A DNA stretch of 63,197 nt, counting the filler, from Octopus bimaculoides (lineage: Eukaryota): NCBI RefSeq assembly GCF_001194135.2. It is 8 parts of 7 records of this genome, joined end to end, with 100 filler letters (N's around TTAATTAATTAA, not from the genome) between each part and the next. Parts side by side here need not be neighbours in the genome. Positions count along the whole stretch, not along the records: positions 42,259 to 54,694 come from NC_068989.1; positions 54,795 to 60,270 come from NW_026364985.1; positions 60,371 to 62,013 come from NC_068982.1; positions 62,114 to 63,197 come from NW_026396081.1; 4 more parts are not named here. One strand, given 5' to 3'. This document shows, piece by piece, positions 53,040 through 63,197 of the stretch (the first letter of the stretch is position 1; every line of letters starts with the position of its first letter). The notes under the pieces were generated by a model, which was not told the DNA's origin, did no database searches, and saw only the letters and a program-made list of their open reading frames with translations. A program made the position numbers and the translations under genes.

Positions 53040-54240
53040 TCGGTTTTATGATTTTTATAGTAACTGGAAGCTCTTGTCTCTTATTAGATGCGCCAGTCTT
53101 TCTTCCTTGAAATAGTATTCACACCTGGGAAATATCTCGTCAATGTACGGAGACCACACCCGCTCACCGTCCAGGTAGAGCCAGAGATGCCTCAACCTCA
53201 GCGCATGCCTGCGCATCTTTAGCCACGGCATCCCTAACCCACTCTTTAGCGGCTGTTGGCAGCAGATAGAGCGCCTTACAAGAGGCCACCTGCCCTTCCA
53301 CAAGAAGTAAAAGAGCAGGCTTTCTAACTTGTTTAGTCACGAATCGGGGCAAGGCACGATGGTTAGGCGGTAGGTAATGACAGACGCGATAAACACATTT
53401 GCCACCTCCGCCCTCCATTTCAGGGATAGGCTCCGCCCAGACTAGATCTGAATTATGGACGCCACCCTACTCGTAACCTCGCTCCAATTCTTCTCTATCT
53501 GGAGGTCTGGACCAAACCAAACTCCAAGCATTTTCATCGAACCGTCTGTCCAACGTCCGACGACGCCATTGGACGGCATCGAGTTGCCTCTCCAGGTACC
53601 GAGCTGCAAGCCGACCGACTTATTCCGATTAATTCTTGCTCCTGCCACCGCTTCGTAATCCATTAGGGCTCACCCACCCTCTGTAGGTCCTGGTCCCTGG
53701 ATATGATGACAGTGACATCGTCCGCATACGCTGAGACTGACTATCCATATCCTAGATCTTCGCAATAGTAGCTCGAAAGCCAATACATACAGCAGGGGCG
53801 AGAGTGGACAACCTTGACGAACCGAGAGTTCGATACTGAACGGCTCCGAAAAGAAACCGTTCACTTGAACTACCGACTTGATGTTGCTGTATAAAGCGTT
53901 GATCCAGTCACGGAATGTCGGGTCAAAACTGGCCGCCTCGAGGACCACCGCCAGATACCGGTGGTTTACCCTATCAAAGGCTTTGGAATGGTCTAAATGA
54001 ACCTACTCCCCACCCGTGCCAGGAATCCTATTTATCCTTTCTAATGTATAGCGTATAAGGTGGAGATTATCATGTATGGTCCTGCTGGGGATGGCGCAGG
54101 TTTGCGCCTCCACGACGATAACGTCTACGACTTTCGCCATCCTTTTTGCTATAACCTTGGCCAGAATCTTCAGCTCTGCGTTAAGTAGAGTGATGGGCCT
54201 GAAGTTGTCGATTACGCCCCCCTTGTTTGTCACTGATCTA
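53040..54240 (-). mobile_element. L1/Tx1-like LINE reverse transcriptase remnant
   Basis: NFRPITLLNAELKILAK, DHSKAFDRVNH, SVRQGCPLSPLLYVLA, AYADDV, GARIN..KSVGL.LGTW. Confidence 0.9.
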
Positions 54241-54694
54241 ATAAATAGAAACATTATTATTTCTAATTCTCTCAAAGCAGCTACTCTGTGCTGATAAAGG
54301 CCAGTAACCTTGAAACCGGTCCACAGATGTTGTTTTGTGCTGGACTCCCTATTTGAAAATATAAGGACACAGATATTGTGTCGTATAGCCAGCTGGAAAC
54401 GATGTTTCCTGAGGTTAAACAACTGTAACAGTCGTCCCATCCAAAACAGCCACATTATGTTGGCAAATAGTCTTTACTTTAGAGAACTGTTACTGAATAT
54501 CTCCGTTTGGGAGATTTAGAAGTAATAATGTTTCTATTTATTAGATCAGTTATTGTCTGTCACTTTGAAAACTATATATTTTCGAATGGGAATTCAGCAA
54601 CGCCACCTAGCCTAGCAGCTACACTGTGCTGTTAAAGGACAATAACCCAGAAACCAGTCCACATTATGTTGGAAAATCGTCTTTACTCCCCTAT

Positions 54695-54794
54695 NNNNNN
54701 NNNNNNNNNNNNNNNNNNNNNNNNNNNNNNNNNNNNNNTTAATTAATTAANNNNNNNNNNNNNNNNNNNNNNNNNNNNNNNNNNNNNNNNNNNN
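54695..54794. other. Artificial scaffold-joining spacer
   Basis: 44 N + TTAATTAATTAA + 44 N. Confidence 0.95.
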
Positions 54795-55472
54795 TTTTGC
54801 TGTTGGAATCACCGTTGTTCTGATAATCTCAGTCTGCCCGGGTCTGGCTTCACATCAAAGAAGACATGTCCTAACCCGCCAATGGTTATCCTCACTGGGG
54901 TTAACTGACCTGTCATGGCCATTTGCCGGGAGTTGACCACTAGACGTGCTGTACAGCTTCTTAGGGCCACATGTGAAAGTTGAGCACCAGATGGATTCCA
55001 AAGGAGATGTCTTCTTGGAAACATAACCTCTTCCACTAGAGACTCTTCCTCCATGTTTCATATACGCACAGGTGCAAATGTGTATAAGGCAAATGCAGGA
55101 CCGCCTTAAGTCCCAAAGAAGCGTTAAGCACTGAAAATATCTTGGTGCCCTCACATATATGTAAGCCAAAATATAAATAATTATAAACCACAAACCAAAT
55201 TTTTATTTTCCAAAACGAAACAAAACTAACAGTAAGATGGAAAATAGAGTTTTTTTTTCGTTTATTTTCACTTTAAAAAGTTTTTCTTTCCATTTAAAAA
55301 GTTTTCTTCTACTTATTTTTTAAATTGCAAAGTCTTTGATTAGGTCCTCACTATAACACCATGAACACTTCGAAATTATATTTCCGATCATATAAACCAT
55401 TTTCAATATTATTTCAGCAAGTTTAAAGTTTATTTCTGTGTTGTCCCCGCCTTCCCTTGATGTCCTAAGCAC

Positions 55473-56061
55473 CAGGGCTGTCGCTAAGCCCCTGCAATCC
55501 TTGTGGTCGCAGGGGGCCTTCCGCGGTTGAGGGGCCCCATGTTAGGATCAAAGTACGTAGATGAGTCATCTATTTATTTTGATTAAGATGTCGAACAAGA
55601 ATTAAATTATGTTAACTGAAATTTTCAAGAAATAAAATGATAATAATACATTGTACCTGCAAAAGTTTCTTGTAAAAATATTACAATGTACCACGAACGT
55701 GTACCAGGCTTTGTGGATTGTCTCTGATATCTGTTGAACACGAACATAGCTCTCAGCTTGATTATTCTGAACTGATCGATGATTTCGTGAAGCGAAAAGT
55801 GTACCGTGTTTGTCTTTGAAAGTTGCCTGGATTATATATTCCTATCTGGAAGCTTTACCAATTGAAATTTGTAATAGACGCAAATAAATTTAACTTGTAC
55901 TTTTAAAGATGTTCTTAAGAATAACGTGAAGTATTGAATAATAGAATAAAGTAAAATATCGCTAGGAATAAAAGGTGCATAGATTATGAATTTTGATTGA
56001 AAGGATGGGGCCTTGAAACAAAAGCTTGCAGGGGGCCTCTAAAAGTCAAGAGACGAAGCTG
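55473..56061 (+). mobile_element. Non-autonomous hAT deletion derivative with 8-bp TSD (7/8 match)
   Basis: CTAAGCAC (55465-55472) and CTAAGTAC (56062-56069); CAG...CTG termini; internal RLCGLSLISVEHEHSSQLDYSELIDDFVKRK (55706-55819) resembles the hAT C-terminal dimerisation region. Confidence 0.72.
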
Positions 56062-56832
56062 CTAAGTACGTGCTTTTTTGCCGAGCAAATGGTATCAGAA
56101 AGGATGGTTATTTTAATTTCTAATGCTAATCATGTGATGCTCGAAACAGAACTGATCTTTTAATGTCTTGGCGCTCCTCTGTGAACCGCAAAGAAGCTTC
56201 ATAGGTTGTGGCTTTCATCTGGGTCAGATGAGAAATGACTAATTCACGACATTGTTTATAACGAAACACGGTTTAATACAACACACAGTTCATTCCGAGT
56301 TTCAAACTAAGGACTGTTAACCACAACAGAAATAATTAGAGTTAGATAGGTTAATTTAATTAAGCAGTAAAATATTTCAACTATTGGTTGCTGTCGTAGT
56401 ATTTACGTGATAGACAGCATGATAGAGAAACCAAAAATATATTTTTTCTAATTTCCTCATACAGAATACATCCGGTTGTAAATCTTTAACTAATGACTAA
56501 ACGATAAAAATAGGAAAAAAAACAAAACAAAAATAAATCGCAATTCATAGAAGTTCATTGAACTGAAGATGTGTAGTGTGTGCTTAAAACGTTCCTTTCG
56601 TAACTATAGCATTCTCATTTCGATCTTGTTGCACTCACGGTCGCGAGATCGTGGTTTCAATTCCTTGACCGGGTGATGCGTTGTGTTCTGGAGCAAAACA
56701 CTTCGTCTCACGTTGTTCTGCGATCACTTCGACACCTGACACGTGGCCCACAGTGCACCTGTTCAGGCAACGTTGATTTGATGGAGAGAGAGTGAGCTTA
56801 ATGTGCGGCACGGACATTTGATTACTATAAAC

Positions 56833-58900
56833 CATGGGTCACCAAACTACGGCCATTCGTCCGGCTCGCCGTTGTATGCTGGAAAAAATAAATATGCTTT
56901 TATTCTGCTTCTTACACTTGTATGTAAACTGAGTTAGTCATGTCGCGCGCTATGTATTTCACGCGCCATAATAGTTACTACAGTAGATCACGTGTGCCTC
57001 GGGCGAATCAGTTATTAGCGATTACAATCGAAATGAGAATATCTGACGCCGAGGCCTAAGACTGCTGTTGTTGTTTTCTTCACCCATCGTTATGGCTACT
57101 AAGAAGAGAAAGGTTGATAATGAATGTCGCATTTTCAATAAAGAATGGAGATAAAAGTACTTCTTTGTGGAAACAAACGACCAGAAAGCTAGCCGCCTGA
57201 TATGCAACGAAAGTGTTGCTGTTATGAAAGAGTACAATGTTCGTCGTCACTACGAAGCAAAACATCTCTCAACACANNNNNNNNNNNNNNNNNNNNNNNN
57301 NNNNNNNNNNNNNNNNNNNNNNNNNNNNNNNNNNNNNNNNNNNNNNNNNNNNNNNNNNNNNNNNNNNNNNNNNNNNNNNNNNNNNNNNNNNNNNNNNNNN
57401 NNNNNNNNNNNNNNNNNNNNNNNNNNNNNNNNNNNNNNNNNNNNNNNNNNNNNNNNNNNNNNNNNNNNNNNNNNNNNNNNNNNNNNNNNNNNNNNNNNNN
57501 NNNNNNNNNNNNNNNNNNNNNNNNNNNNNNNNNNNNNNNNNNNNNNNNNNNNNNNNNNNNNNNNNNNNNNNNNNNNNNNNNNNNNNNNNNNNNNNNNNNN
57601 NNNNNNNNNNNNNNNNNNNNNNNNNNNNNNNNNNNNNNNNNNNNNNNNNNNNNNNNNNNNNNNNNNNNNNNNNNNNNNNNNNNNNNNNNNNNNNNNNNNN
57701 NNNNNNNNNNNNNNNNNNNNNNNNNNNNNNNNNNNNNNNNNNNNNNNNNNNNNNNNNNNNNNNNNNNNNNNNNNNNNNNNNNNNNNNNNNNNNNNNNNNN
57801 NNNNNNNNNNNNNNNNNNNNNNNNNNNNNNNNNNNNNNNNNNNNNNNNNNNNNNNNNNNNNNNNNNNNNNNNNNNNNNNNNNNNNNNNNNNNNNNNNNNN
57901 NNNNNNNNNNNNNNNNNNNNNNNNNNNNNNNNNNNNNNNNNNNNNNNNNNNNNNNNNNNNNNNNNNNNNNNNNNNNNNNNNNNNNNNNNNNNNNNNNNNN
58001 NNNNNNNNNNNNNNNNNNNNNNNNNNNNNNNNNNNNNNNNNNNNNNNNNNNNNNNNNNNNNNNNNNNNNNNNNNNNNNNNNNNNNNNNNNNNNNNNNNNN
58101 NNNNNNNNNNNNNNNNNNNNNNNNNNNNNNNNNNNNNNNNNNNNNNNNNNNNNNNNNNNAGCTCTGTTTATACACTGCATTATACATCAGCAAACACTCT
58201 GTGGAAAACACTTTGATATTTCTTGCGTACTAAAACCGGTTACAACTGTGGTGAACTTTATTCGGAATCATGGGCTTAATTACCGACAGTTCCAGGTTTC
58301 CTTGAAGAAATGGATTCTAATTTCTGTGACTTGCCTTACTACACAGAAGTGAGATGGCTCAGTTACGGTAAAGTCTTGTTTCGTTTTTATAAACTCCGAA
58401 GAGGAATAGATCTTTTTCACACCGAAAAGAATAGAGCTGATCCACAGCTGTCAAATCCTTCATGGTTATCAAAGTTGTCATTTTTAGTTGACGCCACTTC
58501 TCATATGAATGAAATGAATTTAAAACTGTAAGGAAAGAATAGCCTTGTCTGTGATCTCTACAGAATTATTACAGCATTTCGGAGATAGCTATCATTGTTT
58601 GAAGCACAACTTGAAGAAGGAAACTTCTCTCATTTTCAGTGTTTTCAAGAGTTTTGCACAGAAAATATGGAGCATGTTAACCTCGACTTTCAGAAAAAAA
58701 TTATTCGGGACTTAAATATGCATTTTTCTCAAAGATTTTCAGATCTTGACAGAGTTGAGAATGAAATTCTTTTGTTTGAGAATCCCTTTGGCTGTAATCT
58801 TGATAACATGCCAACTGAACTACAACTGGAGATTATTGACTTGCAAGTTAATACCTTGTTGAAATAGAAACACAGAGAAGTGTTTCCAAAATTGGAATAT
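56833..58900 (+). mobile_element. hAT (Charlie/SPIN-like) transposon, disrupted; centre in gap
   Basis: Terminus CATGGGTCACCAAACTACGGCC; ATG at 57092 gives MATKKRKVDNECRIFNKEW*...MKEYNVRRHYEAKH; later HCIIHQQTLC, YTEVRWLS.GKVL.RF, LSFLVD. Confidence 0.88.
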
Positions 58901-60270
58901 GCCTCAGAAGTGCCCTTATCTTTAGAGATGGCGTTCTGTTCAGCGGGTCAGTCAGATTCCGTTCTCACCAACTGAGTGAGTTGTTACCAAGTGACTAACT
59001 TATTTTTGCTTGGGGGTTCTTGTTTTTATAACTATCCAGATGGATAGACATATCGATGAGAACAATGGATTTCGTTGGTGGTACTTGTTATCTTAATTCT
59101 AGCTTTTGGTNNNNNNNNNNNNNNNNNNNNNNNNNNNNNNNNNNNNNNNNNNNNNNNNNNNNNNNNNNNNNNNNNNNNNNNNNNNNNNNNNNNNNNNNNN
59201 NNNNNNNNNNNNNNNNNNNNNNNNNNNNNNNNNNNNNNNNNNNNNNNNNNNNNNNNNNNNNNNNNNNNNNNNNNNNNNNNNNNNNNNNNNNNNNNNNNNN
59301 NNNNNNNNNNNNNNNNNNNNNNNNNNNNNNNNNNNNNNNNNNNNNNNNNNNNNNNNNNNNNNNNNNNNNNNNNNNNNNNNNNNNNNNNNNNNNNNNNNNN
59401 NNNNNNNNNNNNNNNNNNNNNNNNNNNNNNNNNNNNNNNNNNNNNNNNNNNNNNNNNNNNNNNNNNNNNNNNNNNNNNNNNNNNNNNNNNNNNNNNNNNN
59501 NNNNNNNNNNNNNNNNNNNNNNNNNNNNNNNNNNNNNNNNNNNNNNNNNNNNNNNNNNNNNNNNNNNNNNNNNNNNNNNNNNNNNNNNNNNNNNNNNNNN
59601 NNNNNNNNNNNNNNNNNNNNNNNNNNNNNNNNNNNNNNNNNNNNNNNNNNNNNNNNNNNNNNNNNNNNNNNNNNNNNNNNNNNNNNNNNNNNNNNNNNNN
59701 NNNNNNNNNNNNNNNNNNNNNNNNNNNNNNNNNNNNNNNNNNNNNNNNNNNNNNNNNNNNNNNNNNNNNNNNNNNNNNNNNNNNNNNNNNNNNNNNNNNN
59801 NNNNNNNCATCATTGCTGTTTGAAGACCACATGACCAACAGACCAACGGCTGCCTCTACACAGCACCAAACAGTATGTCGCCTTTGTCTACAAGATCAAC
59901 AGTCCAGCTTGACTACGAAGTTCTCTCACACATCTTTGTTGTAACCTGTTATTTTATTTTATTTCATGTATGGCAATCATTGTATTTTATAACGGAGAAT
60001 AAATCGTTGCTTACCAGTTTCATTTCATCTCAAGTTATCCAGTTTTCACATTTCCTTCATTCACGAATCGTCATAAGTTTCGTTCGTTCCGTGACTGAGC
60101 TCGTAACTCAACTTACTCGTATGTCAAATCAATTTTTCCCATTGAAATGAATTGAAATGCCATTAATCCGCCTCCCCGCCCCCAACACAGTTTTTTTGTT
60201 ACATGTTTTTAAATAAGAAAAATGTACTTATAAATAACGAATATTGTATTAAAAGCAATAGAATGTACTG

Positions 60271-60370
60271 NNNNNNNNNNNNNNNNNNNNNNNNNNNNNN
60301 NNNNNNNNNNNNNNTTAATTAATTAANNNNNNNNNNNNNNNNNNNNNNNNNNNNNNNNNNNNNNNNNNNN
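60271..60370. other. Artificial scaffold-joining spacer
   Basis: 44 N + TTAATTAATTAA + 44 N. Confidence 0.95.
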
Positions 60371-60835
60371 TGTCTCTCTTATTCAATATGACAATATCCG
60401 GCCGATAGTGTTCGATTAGACCATACGTCTGAAAATCATACTCCCAGAGTATCTTTACTTTTCCACCCTCCTGCATAAATTTACTTGGTACATGCTCATA
60501 CCAGTTCTCTGTTACTTCATATTGGTATTTATGGCATAAGAGCCAATGAAGATACACACACACTTTATCGTGTCAGTGCTTGTATTATTTTGTGCAAGGC
60601 TCTCACATCCACTTACCAAATAGATCAAATTTACTACACACTTCCTACAGAGTCTGCATTTCTTGGTGTCATACGTTTATAGATGTTATACTTACCTGAA
60701 ATGGCAGTTAGAGCCTGGTCTTGTGCAGCAACGATCAGGCTTTGGGCCCACGATGCTGTATTATCCTTAACGTCTTGTGTATTCTTTTCAAATTGTCCAT
60801 GCATTCTCAAATCAAGGTCTTTTACAAACACACAT
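60371..60835 (-). mobile_element. R4/Dong-like non-LTR element, C-terminal region with start of the restriction-like endonuclease
   Basis: MHGQF, LIVAAQDQAL, LHWLLCHKY, VKILWEYDFQT..IEHYRPDIVILNK. Confidence 0.8.
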
Positions 60836-60897
60836 TGTAAAATTAAAAGCGGGAGAGAGGAGGGACACAGAGGAAGTGAGAAGGAGAGAGTAAAAGT

Positions 60898-60934
<37 letters not shown>

Positions 60935-61794
60935 TAGGTACATAGATCGAAAGAAAAGTTGATACGCAGATACATACACACAATGTTAAATCAAGGACAA
61001 ATAACTACAGCAAATATTGGATGTCACTTTCACTTTTTATTACCGCATGTAGAAAAAATTAACTCGCAAGTGGCTGAGTACTCCACAGACATGAATATCA
61101 TTAACATACTTCTCAGATAGATTCACCCTCAAACAGAATATAACAAGGCTGGCCCCTTTGAATTACAGCTACAAATTATTTTGGCCAGCTGAGCGGACTG
61201 GAGCAAAATATACATTCAAGTGGTTGGAAGAAAAGTAAAAAAGATCCTATATAAGAGCAGGAAAATATTTTTCGTCGTTAGAGCCACAATGGGTGTCAAT
61301 TTGGTCCTAACAGCAGCATATGTGGGTTTCACGGATCTGGTGGCCAATCCCCCAGATAAACACATGTGCATAGGCTGTTGTTATCAAACTGAGAGTGAAT
61401 CGAGGGCGAATACAAGGAGGAATAGCAACTATTTCGTCTTAGCTTTCACTGCTTCTACTAAACCCCTGGCATTTTTATATATATTATGTCTGTGTGTCTG
61501 CGTCTCTATTTATTCAACCACCACCACCACCACCACCACCATTGTTTAACAACTGATACTAGTGCGTTTGCGTACCCGTAACATAACTGTTCAGCAGAGG
61601 AGATTGATAAAATAAGCACCAAGCTTACAAAGAATAAGTCCAGAGGTCGATTTCTTCAACTAAAGGGCGGTGCTCTATTATTGCCACCGTCAAATGACTG
61701 AAACAAGTAAGAAAATCCCAGAAGAACTGGGGTCATTGTAATCGACTTAATCTCTTCCCCCAGATTTGAGGCTCTGTGCTTGTAATAAAACAGA

Positions 61795-61816
61795 TTATCA
61801 TCATCATCATCATCAG

Positions 61817-61851
<35 letters not shown>

Positions 61852-61880
61852 ACATCATAATCATCATAATGATCATCATC

Positions 61881-61961
<81 letters not shown>
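61795..61961. repeat. (CAT)n followed by (TAT)n trinucleotide microsatellite
   Basis: Directly visible; explains the poly-His/Tyr/Ile ORFs. Confidence 0.95.
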
Positions 61962-61964
<3 letters not shown>

Positions 61965-62013
61965 TAGTTTTATGTTTATAATGTGCTTTCACTTCACTAC
62001 CGAGCGCAGCTCT

Positions 62014-62113
62014 NNNNNNNNNNNNNNNNNNNNNNNNNNNNNNNNNNNNNNNNNNNNTTAATTAATTAANNNNNNNNNNNNNNNNNNNNNNNNNNNNNNN
62101 NNNNNNNNNNNNN
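62014..62113. other. Artificial scaffold-joining spacer
   Basis: 44 N + TTAATTAATTAA + 44 N. Confidence 0.95.
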
Positions 62114-62155
62114 TATATATATATATACATATGCATGTATGTTTGTGTGTGTGTG

Positions 62156-62186
<31 letters not shown>

Positions 62187-62779
62187 GCACACGTATGTAT
62201 TTATATATACATACACACACACGGATACATCAAAACACCTTTCTACTTTGCTTAAAACTGTGTTCCTCATTAAAGCTTTTTACAACACCGAAAATATGCA
62301 AATGAGTTACACCTGCAGCAACAGGCTTCAGATTTACAGAGGGGTGGGAGACGACGACAGAATGGTGCTGGGGTGATGACATTAATGCCTTTCTCAAGTA
62401 TATTAACAACACATGCGCAAAGAAAGATTTTCTAAAAAGAGGAATTCTAACCAAATCGCATGCTCAGCTTTCCAGGAACTTACATTGTCATAGACTCGTT
62501 ATACAAATGTTCCATTAGTAGAAATATTTCATTGATATTTTCTTAACATGTATTTTACTTAAGTGAGTGGCTTTTCGAAACTTTTATTTATTAGTTTATT
62601 TATCTATTTATTCATTTATTTGTTTATTTATTTATTTATTTGGCAGGAGCAGATAATAAAAAGTGGATAAACTCATTATCATCTCCACAACTGCAGATTG
62701 AGAGGTGACACAAACAAAATGAAGAGTAGTGTGTTCTGTGTCACAAGATTTCAGAAAGCTATCCACAATATATGATGAT

Positions 62780-63100
62780 CTGTATGTATATATATTCTAT
62801 ATGTGTGTGTGTGTATGCATATCTATATATATATATATGTGTGTGTGTGTATGTATATACAGGTATATATATGTGTGTTTGTGTATATGTATATATATAT
62901 GTATATGAATGTACATGAGTGTGTATGTATATATACATATACACTCATGTACACACATATATATAAATATACACACATATACATTCACGCAAACAACACT
63001 CATATGTGTGTGTATGTGTGCATGTGTGTGTATGCATATGTATATGTGTGTGTATATATGCATATTCAGGTAGATATATGTATATAAATGTATGTACACA
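62780..63100. repeat. Degenerate (TA/TG/CA)n low-complexity tract
   Basis: Directly visible. Confidence 0.9.
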
Positions 63101-63197
63101 TACAACCCTAACCCTAACGACACACTTACGAGAGTGGCACATCGTTGGCGGCACATATGGGGAGCCCTATGGCACACTTAAGAGGGTGGCACATCCT

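Noticed and set aside
54800-55130. Overlapping 81- and 112-aa ORFs as a retroelement ORF1 or host exon
   Set aside because: No motif I could recognise with confidence.
59807-59930. VCRLC motif as a LINE C-terminal zinc knuckle
   Set aside because: Too short, next to a gap, and lacking the following H and C residues in frame.

Overview
AT-rich, microsatellite-rich animal genomic DNA, most likely from a cephalopod (octopus-like SINE families; this is an inference). The window is not one contiguous locus. Seven identical 100-nt spacers (44 N + TTAATTAATTAA + 44 N) join eight separate scaffolds: 1-7013, 7114-28824, 28925-33966, 34067-42158, 42259-54694, 54795-60270, 60371-62013 and 62114-63197. 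Scaffold 2 is a replication-dependent histone cluster with three H2A copies, H2B, H3 and H4. All are 5'-truncated by gaps or scaffold ends and all have the 3' stem-loop. The order is H2A> ... <H4|H3> <H2B|H2A> ... <H2A, with transposon-filled spacers and no H1 visible. Scaffold 4 carries four spliced exons of sphingosine-1-phosphate lyase (SGPL1). The rest is decayed mobile DNA: Penelope, Tx1/L1, HERO-like and R4/Dong-like retroelements; Tc1, Tigger, hAT and Merlin DNA transposons; and several SINE families. I found no convincing new multi-gene system. The best leads are (1) a non-purine-rich motif at fixed distance downstream of every histone stem-loop, which predicts an unusual U7 snRNA guide, (2) a degenerate Penelope-type minimal hammerhead ribozyme within a ~265-bp partial tandem repeat, (3) a Merlin-like MITE with a perfect 8-bp TSD, and (4) a 243-bp near-perfect foldback. 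All alignments were made by eye.
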